Of a stretch of DNA of 64,000 nt, positions 24,641 through 38,786 are shown piece by piece. Position numbers and translations under genes: made by a program. The DNA is from Phoronis australis. Its lineage: Eukaryota > Animalia > Phoronida. The stretch spans positions 511,042 through 575,041 of the forward strand of contig NMRA01000100.1 in NCBI GenBank assembly GCA_002633005.1, given 5' to 3'. Below the pieces are notes generated by a model, which did no database searches, was not told the origin of the DNA, and saw only the letters and a program-made list of their open reading frames with translations. Positions within the stretch are counted from its first letter, which is position 1, and every line of letters starts with the position of its first letter.

Positions 24641-25940
24641 TCAAAAAGTTCTGCAAAGCAGACTTAGTGTAATTAAAATGGTAACTGAAACAGAAACCTA
24701 AAGGGCAAACAAAATTAGAAAGTTGACTAAAATCTTGCATTTTTGAAAGAGTGTTGTGTTTTAAAAGATGCACCTGGGGGCATACTGCTGCAATGTACTT
24801 GCTCCTATTTATTTTTTATGTGCTAATGGCGCAAAGTCACAGTCCAGGATTATCCCTGCAGTCTGAAAAATGTGCAACGTGCACACAAGCTTACGTCATC
24901 AGTTCATACAATTGCATGCTGAGTTGTGTACAGGTCACTGGCTGGACCACTGTATTAATATTTGATTCATGAAGACGCCTCAGTTGGTATTTGTGGAAAC
25001 ATAATCAAATTAGCCAGGTAAGTTAGGCTGAATCAAAACTGTTCTAAAGAACCATAGTATGTGATTAAACAAGTACAGAAGGGACATCAGAAGCTTTCAA
25101 AAACCACTTATTATCCTGGTCAACAAACATTTGCTTCAAGAATGTGTCAAACTCGATGTCGGGATGTGGCATCTCAGTGTATTTATGCAACAAAAGTGTT
25201 TGTAAAGGTCTTATGATACTACTAAGTCATTGAAAGACTGATTAAAACGTAACCCATATTTAATGCTCATCTGGCAAAAGTCTACTAAAATCAGATGCTA
25301 ACCTCTTTTTGAGAGCCTGGAGTGATTTCAATGAATCCCAGCAGTATAAAAAGAATTGATGGTGGCATTGCTATCTGAGATCCTTGTAGAAGATGAAGTT
25401 AAATTGATTCTAACTAGGGTCGCTGGATTTATCGACTTTAAAAATCATGTCAGTATTTACAATGTGCTGAGTATAATCAACCCATAGTTTATGCTGGGTG
25501 ATTCTCCTAAAGAATTAGCCCCAGACTTTTGCTGAATATTAATAATAATCTTTTTCTATTTGAGCTAATGGGACCCAAAACTTTGCATAAACCTGCACAA
25601 TTCTGTTGTGAACAGACTTTGTATCACATGCTGTGCAAAGATTGCTCCAAAGCTGCTTATATCAGGATTTTTTCGGCAGTGTGTCAATTTCGTGCGCGGC
25701 AGATGTATTCCATAGAGCATTGTGTTTTTTAATTTGGAAAGGCGCATCAAGTTGTGCTTAGATCAGGATGCATTTCCAGCACCTACTGAAAAAGTGCTTG
25801 AATGCATATTTGTAACTAGACTTTGTCTCAGTTAGACTAACTGGTATCTTGTCAGCTCAACTAAGCTATGTAGACATTATTTGATGCTCCCTCTTGCTTC
25901 ATTGAACAAACAATGAACCTGTCGAAAACGCAAGCTTTAA

Positions 25941-26273
25941 AGGAGAATGCCACCCGATTTAATTAGTCTTTTTTGCCATCTTAATCGGTCTACATCCACA
26001 TCGCCTCGCATACAGTCGACCTTACCTTGCAAAGAGGTGTCGCGTTAACCTGTGAGGAAGGTGAGAAATGACGCTAGAGATAAGCTGACACCATTAACCC
26101 GTGTTGTGAACTGCTGAACAGACTGGGTGTGAAACCGATGACGTCATTGGATAATTTCAACACCTCTGTCTGCCGTCAGGTGTCAGGTAACGCAACCGTA
26201 TGTGTCGTTATGGAGTAGAACTACTAGATCTAAATTGATACAAATTAGGTTGTTTTTTGGGTGGCATGCTCCT
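25941..26273 (+). mobile_element. Kolobok-like MITE (internal deletion derivative of the 15998-17676 family)
   Basis: same TIRs, TTAA TSDs; first ~135 bp and last ~195 bp align to the long copy. Confidence 0.9.
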
Positions 26274-29200
26274 TTAAAGGAATTCAAAGTCATCATGAGC
26301 TCAGTACATAAAATTGACAGTCTACAAAGTTTGAAGTTTCTGCCTCTGTTGGGAAAAAAACAGCAAAAGTTTGGGGCCTGTTTTGGGAGAATCATTATGT
26401 CTAAAAAAATATTCCAGTCCATTTTTAATACTTTTATTCTAAATTGACATCCCAAGTTGAATAAAATGGAGAAAATATGATCCAAAAGTATAACAGAAAA
26501 TAAAAATGATACTCATCTCCATCAGCAACATGTCCCCATCCCTCCTCAGTTACATTATTGAAGGTCACCACTGACCAATTCCAACATGTTCAATAATTAT
26601 TGCAATATACAGATTTCGAAGGCCCCTTGATGTACTCTGCAAAGGGGTTTGACTATGTTTAGTTATATAATTTATACCAAAAGGAATTCTAATCAGTAGG
26701 TGTGCTGACCCTGCAGGTTACACTTGAGTCTGATGCCATTAGGTATAATGGAATATTATTTTATTCTCTGTTTGTTTTGAGGCAAGGACAGTATAAATGC
26801 TTTTACAGGACACATGGGTAAAGACTACAAATGGAGATTTCAAATCTATGGTCAGACACTCCACCACAAACATGTTTCATATTCAAGTTTGACATTTGCC
26901 ATTTGGTACACTGAAATTAGTGCTGTGTGAGTGTGTGTGACAGTATTGAAAATTGCAGCAAACAGCCAATTCTGTAGACCTGTGATTGACAATCAAAATT
27001 CATGCATATTATTTTTCTCCAGCTTAATGTACCAAGGTCAGATTGACTCTTGGGAGAAAGTTGTGCTCTGTGACCCCATTTTACATCATTGATTGTGTTC
27101 AGTTTAGTTAGGGTAGACTTAGTGTAAACATATCCTTCTAGAGCTGTTTTTTGTCTTGGCATTTCAAATCATTGACTGTCTTACTGTCATGAAGCTATAT
27201 GTTGTAATGATTGCATATATTTCACAATATGGATATTTCACAATGTGGATACTTGCATGTTATCGCTATGGTAACACTCACATATACACTTATGTTCAGG
27301 CCCTACCTAATGTTGAATTTGGTGCAATTGACTGTATATGAAACACTCAAATGTAATGTAAGCCATACTTGACTTAGTCCATTACCAAATGGTAGATGTT
27401 ATGTATCGCATTAAATGTTAACTGTAAATGAAAATGGACAAAAAAGCACAGGAAAAGGACCAGCTTAGATTTGGACATAAATAAAAAGGGGACAGATGTC
27501 TAAACCTGTTAGTCAGGCATTATGCTTAATGTGAAAAACTTGACTGAATATTTTTTGCATTATTTTGAATAGTGAGGTGAATCTCATGAGCTTACAAGTA
27601 ACGTGTTATACGATTGTAGAGTGAGCAGGTTTTGACAATTGATATAATTTACCATAAATTTTTACGAAAAGTATGTGGCTCACCAAACACTATCATAGGT
27701 TACTGGCATTACAGAAAGTAAGAAGTAATCTTGAACATATTTTTGCCATTTTACACTTGAGGATATTTAAAGCAATTTACAGATTTAAATCTAATAAAAT
27801 GGCTTCAAGCAGTTCTGTTTCTTCTTATAGTTACTCGACAAATGAAATTGACAAATGGGCATTTCGCCGGCCCTTACGTTGTTGTAAATTCTATTCCCGG
27901 TTTGATGGAACAGCTTCTTAATATGCAAACAAATGTCTCTTGAATCAAAAGATGCTTGTGAAGGTGTTTTCTATTTTTGTGTGTCACGTCATAATGCAAA
28001 ACTTGTGAACCCTGTAACAACTGATTTCTCGACCTTGACACATACATTCAAGTTAATTACTGTCAACATATTTGCTATGCCATAGTACTTGGTACTATTG
28101 AATAACATGAATTTTGCTGAGCTTATTAAAAATGTTTAGTAAAATATCATCAACTTCAGGCATTGTAACTGCCCTGGTGGATAACAGAATCATTTTTAAC
28201 AGACTTCTGACATTGTTTCTGAATGCCCACAATATCACTCGATAATACTTGATGTTAGTTATTGGCATTGATGTTAAAACCCATGAAACATTTATTTGAT
28301 ACTTTACACTTATTTTTATGAAAAATGAACTTGTCTGCCTAAATTGGTGAAACTTTGTCATAATCCACAAAGTGTTCTGGCACTTATAACCGCTCTTTCC
28401 CAAGCTCTGAACATTCAGGACTTCTTTTTAATGTAGCTTCCTTGGGGTGACAAAAGTACATAAATTGAAGTTCAAGGACCCAGGTTCGGGGTTCAGTGAT
28501 CTTAAACTCAGTGACATAAAATCTGTAATTTCACTATTAAACAGGACAGATCCACTTACTCAGAGAATAATTGTCAATAAATCCTTTGGAAAATCTTTCT
28601 AGGTCAGGTAGTGTATGTTTATTTGAGCACAGATACCCATGGATCCTTCAGGACTCTTTAATGAATAACATCAACTGTGACCCCAATTTCTAGTGGCCAA
28701 TGTTCTTATTTTGCCAATAAAGCCATGGGGTTCCTCCAATAGAGAAACTATGTAAGTTGTCTCAGATGGGCTTACAAGAAAACTTGGCTTATTAAAATTA
28801 TTGTGGAGATAATCTGGCCATGGCTCATGCTACATGAAGTTGTATATGTTTAGGTTATCTCCAACCTTATTTAGTGGCCTCAATTCTAACTTGTATATCA
28901 AAAAACTTGGCTTTGTCAACTAGTAAAAGTATATATTTTCTGAAAGAACAAAGACCAGGGAATATAAATATACTTTTTGTAGTTATGTTCCATTATTATT
29001 TTTACGTCAAAATTTCATTTTCAAGAAAGGTACATTCATAGCAAAATAACTCATCGGTTGATTTTAATGAAACCTTTTTTAAATGAAAACTTCACCAGTT
29101 ACCTCAAAAACGCTGTAAGGAATTTTCGATTAGTCTTCGTTTGGTTTCTATGACAAATCAACTTGTAAAACGTAAGGTATTTTTGTAAGAAATTGAAGTT

Positions 29201-29504
29201 GTATTCGTTTTTGTCACATTACACACAAACTAGGCCTTTATATCAAAAATCCTAACAGCATTTTTGAGATAAATGACTAAATATTAAGTTTGGAAAGTTT
29301 CAGCTAAATCCACTCAGCTGTTTTAAAATTTGTGAACTTAAATGCTCCTAAGTTCAAATAAAGTCGATTTGCAGAAGCCGAGAAAAAACCAATTAAACTG
29401 GGACGAGTGAAAATATCAAAGTCTTTGGTAAATTATTCGGTTAAAACTTGTTTTCGGTACACATAGCTTATACAATCCTTAACTATGTTAGCTATTTCAA
29501 CGTT

Positions 29505-31537
29505 CACTCGCAATCGGGCAAATCACAATCAAGGTCCATATTCGGTGGCCACTTTTGGTGAAAAATGAAGGTTGTCATATAACTGTAAAAGCGGGATTGT
29601 TTTAAAGTACCATCATTCCAGGTTTGTAATCTAAAATATTTTTGCACAAGAACCACCAAATGAAATTTTATGGCCTAATGCATCGCAGTTGTATACAAGG
29701 GTACGTACACTACAACTTGTGGTCAGAACACACTTCTATCATGCAAAAATTCATAAGGTAACTGTTAATTTAATACGTTCTTGATCAAATTGAAGAAGTA
29801 TCACATACTAAAGTAAGAAAAGTTTTTACCATGCTGATCAAGTTGTTCTAGATGATGATATATTTGCATATCTTAACACAGTATAATGAGGACTTCTTCT
29901 CTTGCAATATGATTCTTACAAAAGGAAAATGACAAGTAACTACTTTTTTCAAAAACATTATTAGTGCTATTTGCCAAAGTTTTCAACTCATTCACCAGTT
30001 GGTCAAAAGAATTAAAGCAATGCTAGGCCTAGTGTTCAACTTGTAAACAGTAAAAAAATGGTACTGGTTGGGGGGTACGTACACTCTGCACAGTCAATCA
30101 ACGTCAAATTTTGACTAAGTTACATTTTATGGGATAATCTCGAGTTTTGTGCTGCGTCTACTAGTTGTTTTGTTGCAAGTTGTCTTAAGTGATAGAGATT
30201 CCCTGCCTCTGCAACTTCAGATGTCAAATGAGGTGTCTTCTAGGATGTTACTAGTCACGTCCTGTGTGGCATTTTATTGCCCACATTATAATGTCCATTG
30301 TTTTTTTGTCAGACTGGATGCATTCTGGAAATATCAATATTATTCACAAGAACAGTAGTACCATATGTAAAAGTACTTGTGGGCAATACTTTATGGCAAA
30401 GAGGTTGGAGGTACATACACTATACAGGGGTATGTACACTACATTCCAATGACTTGACAGGTTTACGAAAAATACTAAGAATCTACCGAGAGTTAGTTCA
30501 TTACCATATCTATTCAAAGAGATTAAATAAAAAGTACAGCATAAATGTGTATATTTGTCTGTCATTCTTTGAAAATAGGCACATGTTAAAATGTAGGGGC
30601 ACGTACACTACACTAAATGCTAATATTTCACTCAAAACAAATATATTTGCAATAAACAACCTTTTAACCTAACATTTTAAGGAAGGAAACTGTCTATGAC
30701 CAGTGTTGCTCACTTACCAAGTAATATTTTATTTAATTTCATGGTATTTGTAAACATGGGGGTACGTACACTACAAAAGGGGGTACGTACACTACATCAC
30801 TGTTTCTGTATCACATGATAACACAATGTCGTATGGCCATTTATTTTTCTTTGGTGATACTAAGCACCATGTTGTTATTTAACAGGCAATAATTTCATTT
30901 GCAATGACCATTTGTATTACTGAATTTCACATGGGGTATGTACGCTACATTTTGTTAGCCTTTTTGGCCCATTTTCAACATAGCAGAACCCAGTCAATAT
31001 CCAAACTTTTGGTTTGTTTAGATATTGAATAATTTGCTGTGATGCCTAGTTGCTAACATTTTCTGGAGTTATTTTTATTGCAGAGTGTGAACTTTAGGAG
31101 GTGAAGGTTAGAAACAGAATTTACAAATTTCGTAACGAGTGCCTGTTTTATGATGAACCCTACCATTTCTCAATGTTTAAGCACAACTTTATCTAAGTGA
31201 TTTTGAAAGTGACTCAAGTTATTCCTAGTCATATAAAAGCAATTGCTTACATAATAAAATAAATTTCTTTTCTGCTGTTGGCAGTTGAAAATTGTAATTT
31301 TTAAAATGGCCACTCGTAACGCTAAAAATGCATGAAATTTATAGACAAAAACATGCATAAATTTCTCAAACATTGTCCGATTTTTTTTTAATTTGCGCAA
31401 CTAAATAACTCTTTGCATATGAGATTCAGCTGGCATTTGGTAAGTGACCAAAAAATTTATTTTAGACCGTAATACAGTCAACTCTCGAATATGGACCTTG
31501 ATTGAGATTTAGCCAAATACCAACTGATTTTGCAGTG
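29505..31537. mobile_element. Non-autonomous DNA transposon with 8 internal GGGGTACGTACACTACA motifs
   Basis: 24/25-bp inverted repeat at 29520-29544 / 31486-31510; CACT...AGTG outer ends; superfamily uncertain. Confidence 0.65.
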
Positions 31538-31936
31538 AGTCAACTAGTTAATTATCATTAAAACCTCAAACAGAGGTATCTATCGCTCCCAGCCAACTTT
31601 TACTGTTGTAAATTACGACCTACTTTTTGAGTAGATCACAGTTCGTTGTTATACACATAGCCTGTACACATCACATGCTGGGAGACTGTTACGAAACCAA
31701 GAAAGAAATGGATAACAAAATTTAAATTGGTGGTTAAAGTAGTCGTTAGCATGAGATCGAAACATTGAAATGTCAATTTATTAATTGAATGAAGGAATTA
31801 GGGTAAGGATTTACATCTTTTCACAACTTGCTGTGTTCATGACCACTGAGGCCTGAGGGGACGTGACTAGTAGCATTTGTTTTCAACGCCAACGGTCGCA
31901 TGCATGCAGACGCACAACTCCCTAGGATCAAAACTA

Positions 31937-33767
31937 CCGTAAACGTTCGGGTTAACGCCCTGGGCGGTTAAATTGGCAAACCCAAAAAATCGGGGGTGGG
32001 CGGTTAACCAGACATGGGTGCTTAAACGTGAAACTTCAAAAAATCCAGGGTGGGCGGTTAACCGAACATGGGCGCTTATTACGACAGGCAAGCGCCCTGG
32101 GCGCTTAATTTTACCTGGTGATCTAAGTACCCACACCACACACGTAGTCGTAGGCCTACTCGGAACGTGTAGCACTTTTCAAAGAGTGTTATCGTCACGT
32201 CGCCACATGACGGGAAAAATGTCGTAACAGCGGATGATCCTAACAAAGGTTATCATGCCCTCAGATTAGTTATTCACTATTAAACTTGTTTACAGAATTC
32301 CTGAGTAATAGCCCTGTGCTGTCCTGCGGTCTTGTTATTTAGCCCTGTAGTGTAGAGCGCAGACGACCAGTGACCACGCAGCCTCTACTTGGATTGCAAC
32401 TATTTCATCTTGCTAAAGTGCGCGCGTGCAAGCTTCACGTGTTGCAGAGGTCACAGCAGACATCAGATTTATTGTTACAGTCTCGTACTAGCTGCCAAGT
32501 TCATAGTCAGAGAGCAGTTTTAAAATTGGTTGTAATAAAAGTTTGAAAACCTTACATCAGATGTTTTTTGTGTTTGGGAGGTTTATAGTCAACACTCTGT
32601 GACTCAATGACATTTTCAGCGTATGGTACTGTGGCTTGCTGTTTTATCTCGACTGCCCGGCATTGCTCACTTGCCGTTGCGCCAAACATCATCGGCAAAG
32701 AACTTGGCCCAAGACAAGAATCGGGGTTAAGCGGCCGTGTGCCACTCGTCAATCAAGAATAAAATTTCGAGCCACGGCATAAATATGTGATAAAACGCTA
32801 CAAAACAGCGATGTTTCAATTCATAAACGATCACCTTACCAAACTTTGTGGTGGAAAAACATATATTTTTCATGCAAGATGTCCAGATTATCGTATTTAT
32901 ATTACTTGCAATATCGCACTGCGGCACTGTTTGGTCCCGTTGTTAGCGCGCACTGATGTCTCAGTCGGCTGACAATCGTGACTTGGAAATGCCGTCAAGT
33001 AATATAACGGCCTCTTTCAATATGCATCTCGTTTTTTATGGCCAAAGGTAGCGGCGGGATTCAGCACACGCGCCTGCCTACGTGCGAGTCACCTGTGAAT
33101 CACATGTTGGTGTCAAGGTAACATGCACTCCAAAGTGTGGGAACTTGCGCACGTGCACCACTACAAAGTCACACATCAAAAGAGAATAGCGACAGTCCTA
33201 AGTAACAGAAACGGGCGTGACTATATACTTTTAACCATTGTCTCATTTCTCTGGCCTGATTTTTTCGAATATATGTTTTATCAAGTGCACTGCAGATGAA
33301 AACTCAGCGCGGCAGGCAAAGTCGCTGAAAGCGGAGGTTTTGACGCCAGCGGCATTCTTAAACTTTGCAAACATGGGAAGAAAATAAAGTGACAAAAATG
33401 TTCAAGTATTATATTTTGAAGTGAGTCCATGACCCAAGACAATAACTCGTTACTTGTATAATTGCAATTCACATTGCTAAACCACCGTCTCGGAGGCCCG
33501 GCGTTGTTGCGCTCATTGTGATCATCGATCTGTTTCTATAAGTCGGGGAATCTCGCCTTTCCTTAGCATTGGGCGCTAAATCTTCATTCTTTAAAAGTCG
33601 GGGATGGGCGCTTAACCGAGAGGTAGGCGCTTAACTGGAAATCTTCAAAAATCGCAGGGGGGTGGGGGGGGGCGCTTAACCGAGCAGTGGGCGGTTAAAT
33701 CGAAAATCCACCTAAAGTAGGGGGTGGGCGGTTAATTGAGGATGGGCGTTAACCCGAACGTTTACGG
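31937..33767. mobile_element. Tc1/mariner(pogo)-type non-autonomous element
   Basis: perfect 24-bp TIR CCGTAAACGTTCGGGTTAACGCCC, TA TSD, subterminal GGGCG(G/C)TTAA arrays. Confidence 0.9.
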
Positions 33768-35965
33768 TATGTTTTGTCTTCGTTTCCCTGGCAGCATTTT
33801 ATCATAAGTACACCTCGTTGGCTCAATGTTATGGCGACTTTGTGAATGAAAGGACTGACGTTATACGAAGGTGGACTGTACGTGGCAGGATATTCAATTT
33901 GATTGAAAGCCCTTCAACCTTTGACCTTGGATAAGGAGTCAACAAATAAACAAATATCCATGCAGTTGTGCGGTTCCAAAGTGGTTCTGCTCAATTTTTT
34001 TCTGGTTAGGTTTTACATATTTTGTATTTGAAGTTCCTTGAGAATGAAGATGAGGTATTTTGCTAGACACATGTGAAATATTGTAAAAATGGCCAATTTT
34101 TGTGAATTAAGGTTGGAGATATCCTTAGTCAGAACCACATTACAGGAAACTCCTGTTTCAACTCAATGTGACAGTGGTTTCTAAATAGAGGCTCCAGTCC
34201 GTGACTTAGTGTTCCCGTTTTCACAGGACTGTTATCTACCACTCACGTTCACAGAGTTACTAAAACCATTCATCAATGGATTAATCAGAGATCTGAAACT
34301 TGACGTATCTGGTTAAGGCTGATTCAGTTTTTTGTTTGCAAAAGTGAATTTTTTACAAATAATTCAATCTCAGAAGACAAACAGTTTGAAAAATGATGGG
34401 TTTTAAAGTAGACAATATATCAATTTATTACCATGAATGCATCTTTAACCACTGGTAATTTCTCTGCTCCCATTTATATTACATGAGTGTTCTCATAAAC
34501 AGTATTATAAATGTCTCTTGATGACGGTACTCATGCCCCCAGGTTGTGCACCCTGGCTGTCTGCCCTGGCCGTGCAGTCTGCCTATGGGCCTTGCCCGTG
34601 CACCCTAGCTGTCACGTTGGTTGTGTAATGAGCTGGGCAAGTGAATTTGAGCTAGATAAATTAGTTCCATTTGTTTTTAATTTAGCTTTTTCAATTTCTG
34701 TTTTGAGAAATACATTTGGAGACATTTAGTGTACCCTATTATCAACCAAAATGCCAATGCCAATGTAAACAGTCTGAAGGTTTCTGACACACTCCCCTCA
34801 ATACTCTGCTTATGATATCAAGTGCAGCAGCATGGCCTTTCTGGCTTGCCAATTTGACTGAATTGCTCATAATAAGTGAACGGCAGGATTTTTAGAAAAG
34901 TAACTAACTACTAGGCTTAATGATATTGGGAATTAGTAAACCAGTATCTACTTCAAACCGCCATGCTGGGCCGCTTTATTTTGGAAATTGTTTTTTGATA
35001 TCTAGCAAGTAAGAATTGTGATCCAAATGGAGTTCAATGGGGAAAATTATCAGGCTTCATGAACTTTATTTACTCCATTTTTTGTGATTTTGGCTTTATG
35101 ACCTTATTATTAATCGACTGCCTGGGTCTTCACCTTACGGCAGTGGACTGATGTGTTTCAACCCCTCAGAAGGATTTTGTTGTAGAAAAGTCTAGAATTA
35201 GGCCTAGTCAGTTTGAATCGGGGCTTGGAGACTTTGGATCTTACTCTTCTGGGGTTAGAGCTGGGTACTTTGCTATAGATAGCTGCGGAGACATCAAACT
35301 TTTTGGAGTCTGGACTTTAAAAAAGGACCCAAGTTGAGAGCTTTGTCACCTCACCATAGAGTTTTCATCAGAAACTTGGCTCATTTCATAGCACCTTTAA
35401 CATTTCATCAATAGATTTCTACATTTAGACTGGCCATCGGCAACATGTAGATGTTTATCAGAACACAATTTGAGGTCTTTGAGTGTGTATGTGAGAGCAA
35501 CTGCTGTGTTATTAGTAATCACTTAATGGGAGTAAAACACTGGATATAAAAATAGACTAAAACTGGGGATTTCTTGCAGTTTGCCTTTGGGAATTGAATT
35601 CTTCGTAAACCGTTAGGTTAGGATCATTTTTACCAGAAAAAACAAAAAGGTGGGTGGCAAACCAATATCCCCCACTGTGCTGTAGGTTCATTTATAGGTA
35701 AGAATTCAAATTTCAAATGTCATTCAGCATTGTGGTTAAACTTGCCTGATTAATAGTTAGAAAGGGAGAAGGGACAACAAAAGATAAGCAGTCATCAGAT
35801 TCATTTATATCAAGCAGTTAAGGGTTTCATTTAGTTTTATTGGAATTTCATCGCATTTCAACATGGCACATTCAGCAATTGGAACAGGAGCATAAATTAT
35901 TGTAAATAATGTGTTGCTTTTTGAAAAAATATTGAAGGTACTCACTTTTTTGCTTTATAAAGTTA

Positions 35966-37050
35966 AAGCAGCAATAAACAAGTCAAAGTAAACTTTTCAT
36001 TATGAACAAATGATCATGCCGGGACGGGGAAAACATGCATTTATAAAGATATGCGGGAATTGTCACCGCTGCTTCTTCACCTTGTTCGGAGTGATTTACA
36101 CCAGGATAAAAGCGAGCGCGACGCCACAGTCGGACGTAGTTGTGATGACCACATTGTCCAGTGCGAGCATGACTCAGTGAAGTATAATTGGTACTCGGCC
36201 ATTCAGAACTTACTAGTAAACATCTCTGCCTGTGCATACTGGCAAATTTTCAAAATGCATAAACCAATAATTTTTGTTAATTAAAAATAAACATTACGTC
36301 GGTATTCAGCTGGAAGAACAACACAGTATGGTTCTAGATTTTTAAAATATCAATGCACCAATAACTAAAACCTACAAATTGGCCATGGAGTGAAGACAAC
36401 CATGTGTGTTGATATACTCGGAGGATTTACAAATGCTGATCATCTGATACCACGTGGTTTATACTTTTAGTATACAAATAAACTACCAATTGAAACGAAA
36501 AATAGAAACAACACACAGTCACCAAATTAGTTATGTCAATAGCTTTTAAGACGAGGCTTATCACCCAGTTTAGGAACAGCATGCTAACTTGAACCAGAAA
36601 ACTGTGATATTCGGTACTCAGCAGACGATGAAACACCTGTCGTGAAGATTAACTATGGCTTAAGCTTCAAAGTCAATGAGAAAATCCAAGCAAATTGAGG
36701 TGGCTTGGTGGGTGAAAGCTGACTGATAATCAAATCCTGCCACTGATTTGGCTATTCAAGATTAAAAATAAAATCAAAAGATAGCAACCGCAAGAAACAA
36801 AACAGAGTAGATTGGAGCATTAAAAATAAAATAACGAAAACAGTTATGAAACAAATTTCAAACCCACGATCGTTTGCGCGAAATGGCACTTTGTCAAGAT
36901 GGACCCAAATTTCCATTTTTAGATATTTTTTCATATCTAAAATGTCGTCAAACCCCTGCTTTCGACATTTCAGGCTGTAACTCTCTGCAAATGTCAGGGA
37001 AACAAGTTTCAGTGTAATAACAACCACTGTTGCAAAAGTTATAAGTGCTG
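35966..37050 (+). mobile_element. Old dispersed repeat (Kolobok-like), copy 1
   Basis: starts TTAA-AGCAGCAATA; shares long blocks with 55.1-56.45 kb (e.g. CTCTGCCTGT.CATACTGGCAAATT, GATATACTCG..GATTTACAAATGCTGATCA). Confidence 0.65.
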
Positions 37051-38365
37051 TCCACAGGAAACTTAAGTTCGCAGCTCATCGCATAGATATCAGTAGATAG
37101 GCGTATCTATTGTTGTCTTTGTTTTTCTTTCTTATAATAAAGATAATGGGAAGCATTTATTGGTAACTGGCTGATGAGCATCCAAGGTACGTCCGTGCGA
37201 CCTGTATTGTTATATACAACAAGACGCAACAAAGGAAAGCAATGGTACCATCCCATAAGCGATAACCGTACGACGCGCTTACGCCCATCGCATGGATCTC
37301 ACAAGTTAAAAAATAGGTCGCGAAATCCATAGGAAATCATTTGGCTTGCATAGGGATTGCCTTTCCACTTCCGAATTGTAGAAGGAGTATATTGGAGCGA
37401 TCGAACGTTATTAGTCAATGACAGGAATGTTATAATGCGACTCAATTATGCTTTTGCTGAACATCCTAATTTTTAGATATTGGGTTAACTAAGCAGACTT
37501 GTCTTGTTGAAAAAGTGCTGTACTTTATGAATGTAATTGTGTTGATATTCAAGGCATCTCACCATTCACTTAAAAGTAGTTCCATTGCCAGACCAGGCGG
37601 AATTATTATGTTTATTGCCCCCACAGCTGAGTGGGTAATGAACTATTGAAATCGCTGATAAAAGCGTGTCAAGTTTACAGTCCCTGTAAAGCCCTGAATT
37701 TCTAGCGTTATTGAACTTTGCCCTGGTCTCAGTATTCCTCATTTTACACGGATCATGAAAAATCATTTCCAGGCTGTGGAAGAAGTGGGAGATTGGCAGT
37801 TCCTGAGAGACCATGCTTGTGGGATAAAGTGACATGTGACTAAGCGATCTAATTGACCTTGATTTCAAGCAATATGGAACTGTGAGCTCGTGCCAAGCCT
37901 AGGAATAGTGTCTGTTGCGGCTATTAAAAAGACCGATTTATTATGGAAGTGGTCAAAGTCAAAAGTTTGTTTTTTAAAAGAATGCAACTTTATAGTCGCT
38001 TCAAGTTAGATAAGACACGGTCATTGACGAAATAAAGGAAATGACCCAAACTTATAGAATTGTGCTTCACAATCTGTTACCATGGCAACAGTTCATATCC
38101 TTCCTGTGTCAGTAGGTTGAATTGACGTTGACTGCAGATTAATTGACATCATTTATTGTTATTTTGTTAAGACAGTGTCTGTAGGTGTATGGGCAGTGAA
38201 TGATGCATTATATCGGATGCTGCTGTTTAACTTCCTGAAAGGACAGAATGAGGTCTTAGCCTCAGAGTCATTCACCCTTAACTTTGCAGTGGCTAAGAGA
38301 GGCCATACGATTTTAATGACCCCATTTTCAAGTCCCCTGTTGTGATATATGGTGACCCATAGTTA

Positions 38366-38507
38366 CAGTGCTGTAGTGGGGCGTAGGCGCACGTAGGCGC
38401 AGCCAACCACCTTTTGGCATTTGACCGTAGCGCCTATGCACTGTAAGTTACGGTGATACGGTGGGCTTTGAGCGCCTACTACCTCTAATTTTACCACTAC
38501 AGCACTG
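38366..38507. mobile_element. hAT MITE
   Basis: perfect TIR CAGTGCTGTAGTGG, perfect 8-bp TSD CATAGTTA. Confidence 0.92.
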
Positions 38508-38709
38508 CATAGTTATCATGCACTAAGTTTTGAATTGGTTTCTGCTGTGCTACCCTATAAAAAAATTGGCAACAACTAAAATTCTCAAGCACTTACTATT
38601 TTCATCATGTATTGAGTGACAGAGTGATGAGGAATTGGGTCTAATATTTACAGGAGAGTCCACTTTGGTATAGACATTCTAAGTTTATGATTTGCTTGCC
38701 TTTGTGCTT

Positions 38710-38786
38710 CACGGGTGGCGCAGCGCTGAAAAAAATGGGGGCTATCATGAACCCCCCCCCTAGCCTCCCATGGTGCACCACTCATG
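38710..38786. mobile_element. Tiny MITE, CA(C/T)G-ended, 5-bp TSD
   Basis: CACGGGTGGCGCA / TGCACCACTCATG, flanked by TGCTT on both sides. Confidence 0.55.

Noticed and set aside
29699-30949. GGGGTACGTACACTACA repeats as a CRISPR-like array
   Set aside because: Spacing is highly irregular (about 20-370 bp), the repeat is short, the context is eukaryotic and no cas genes are present
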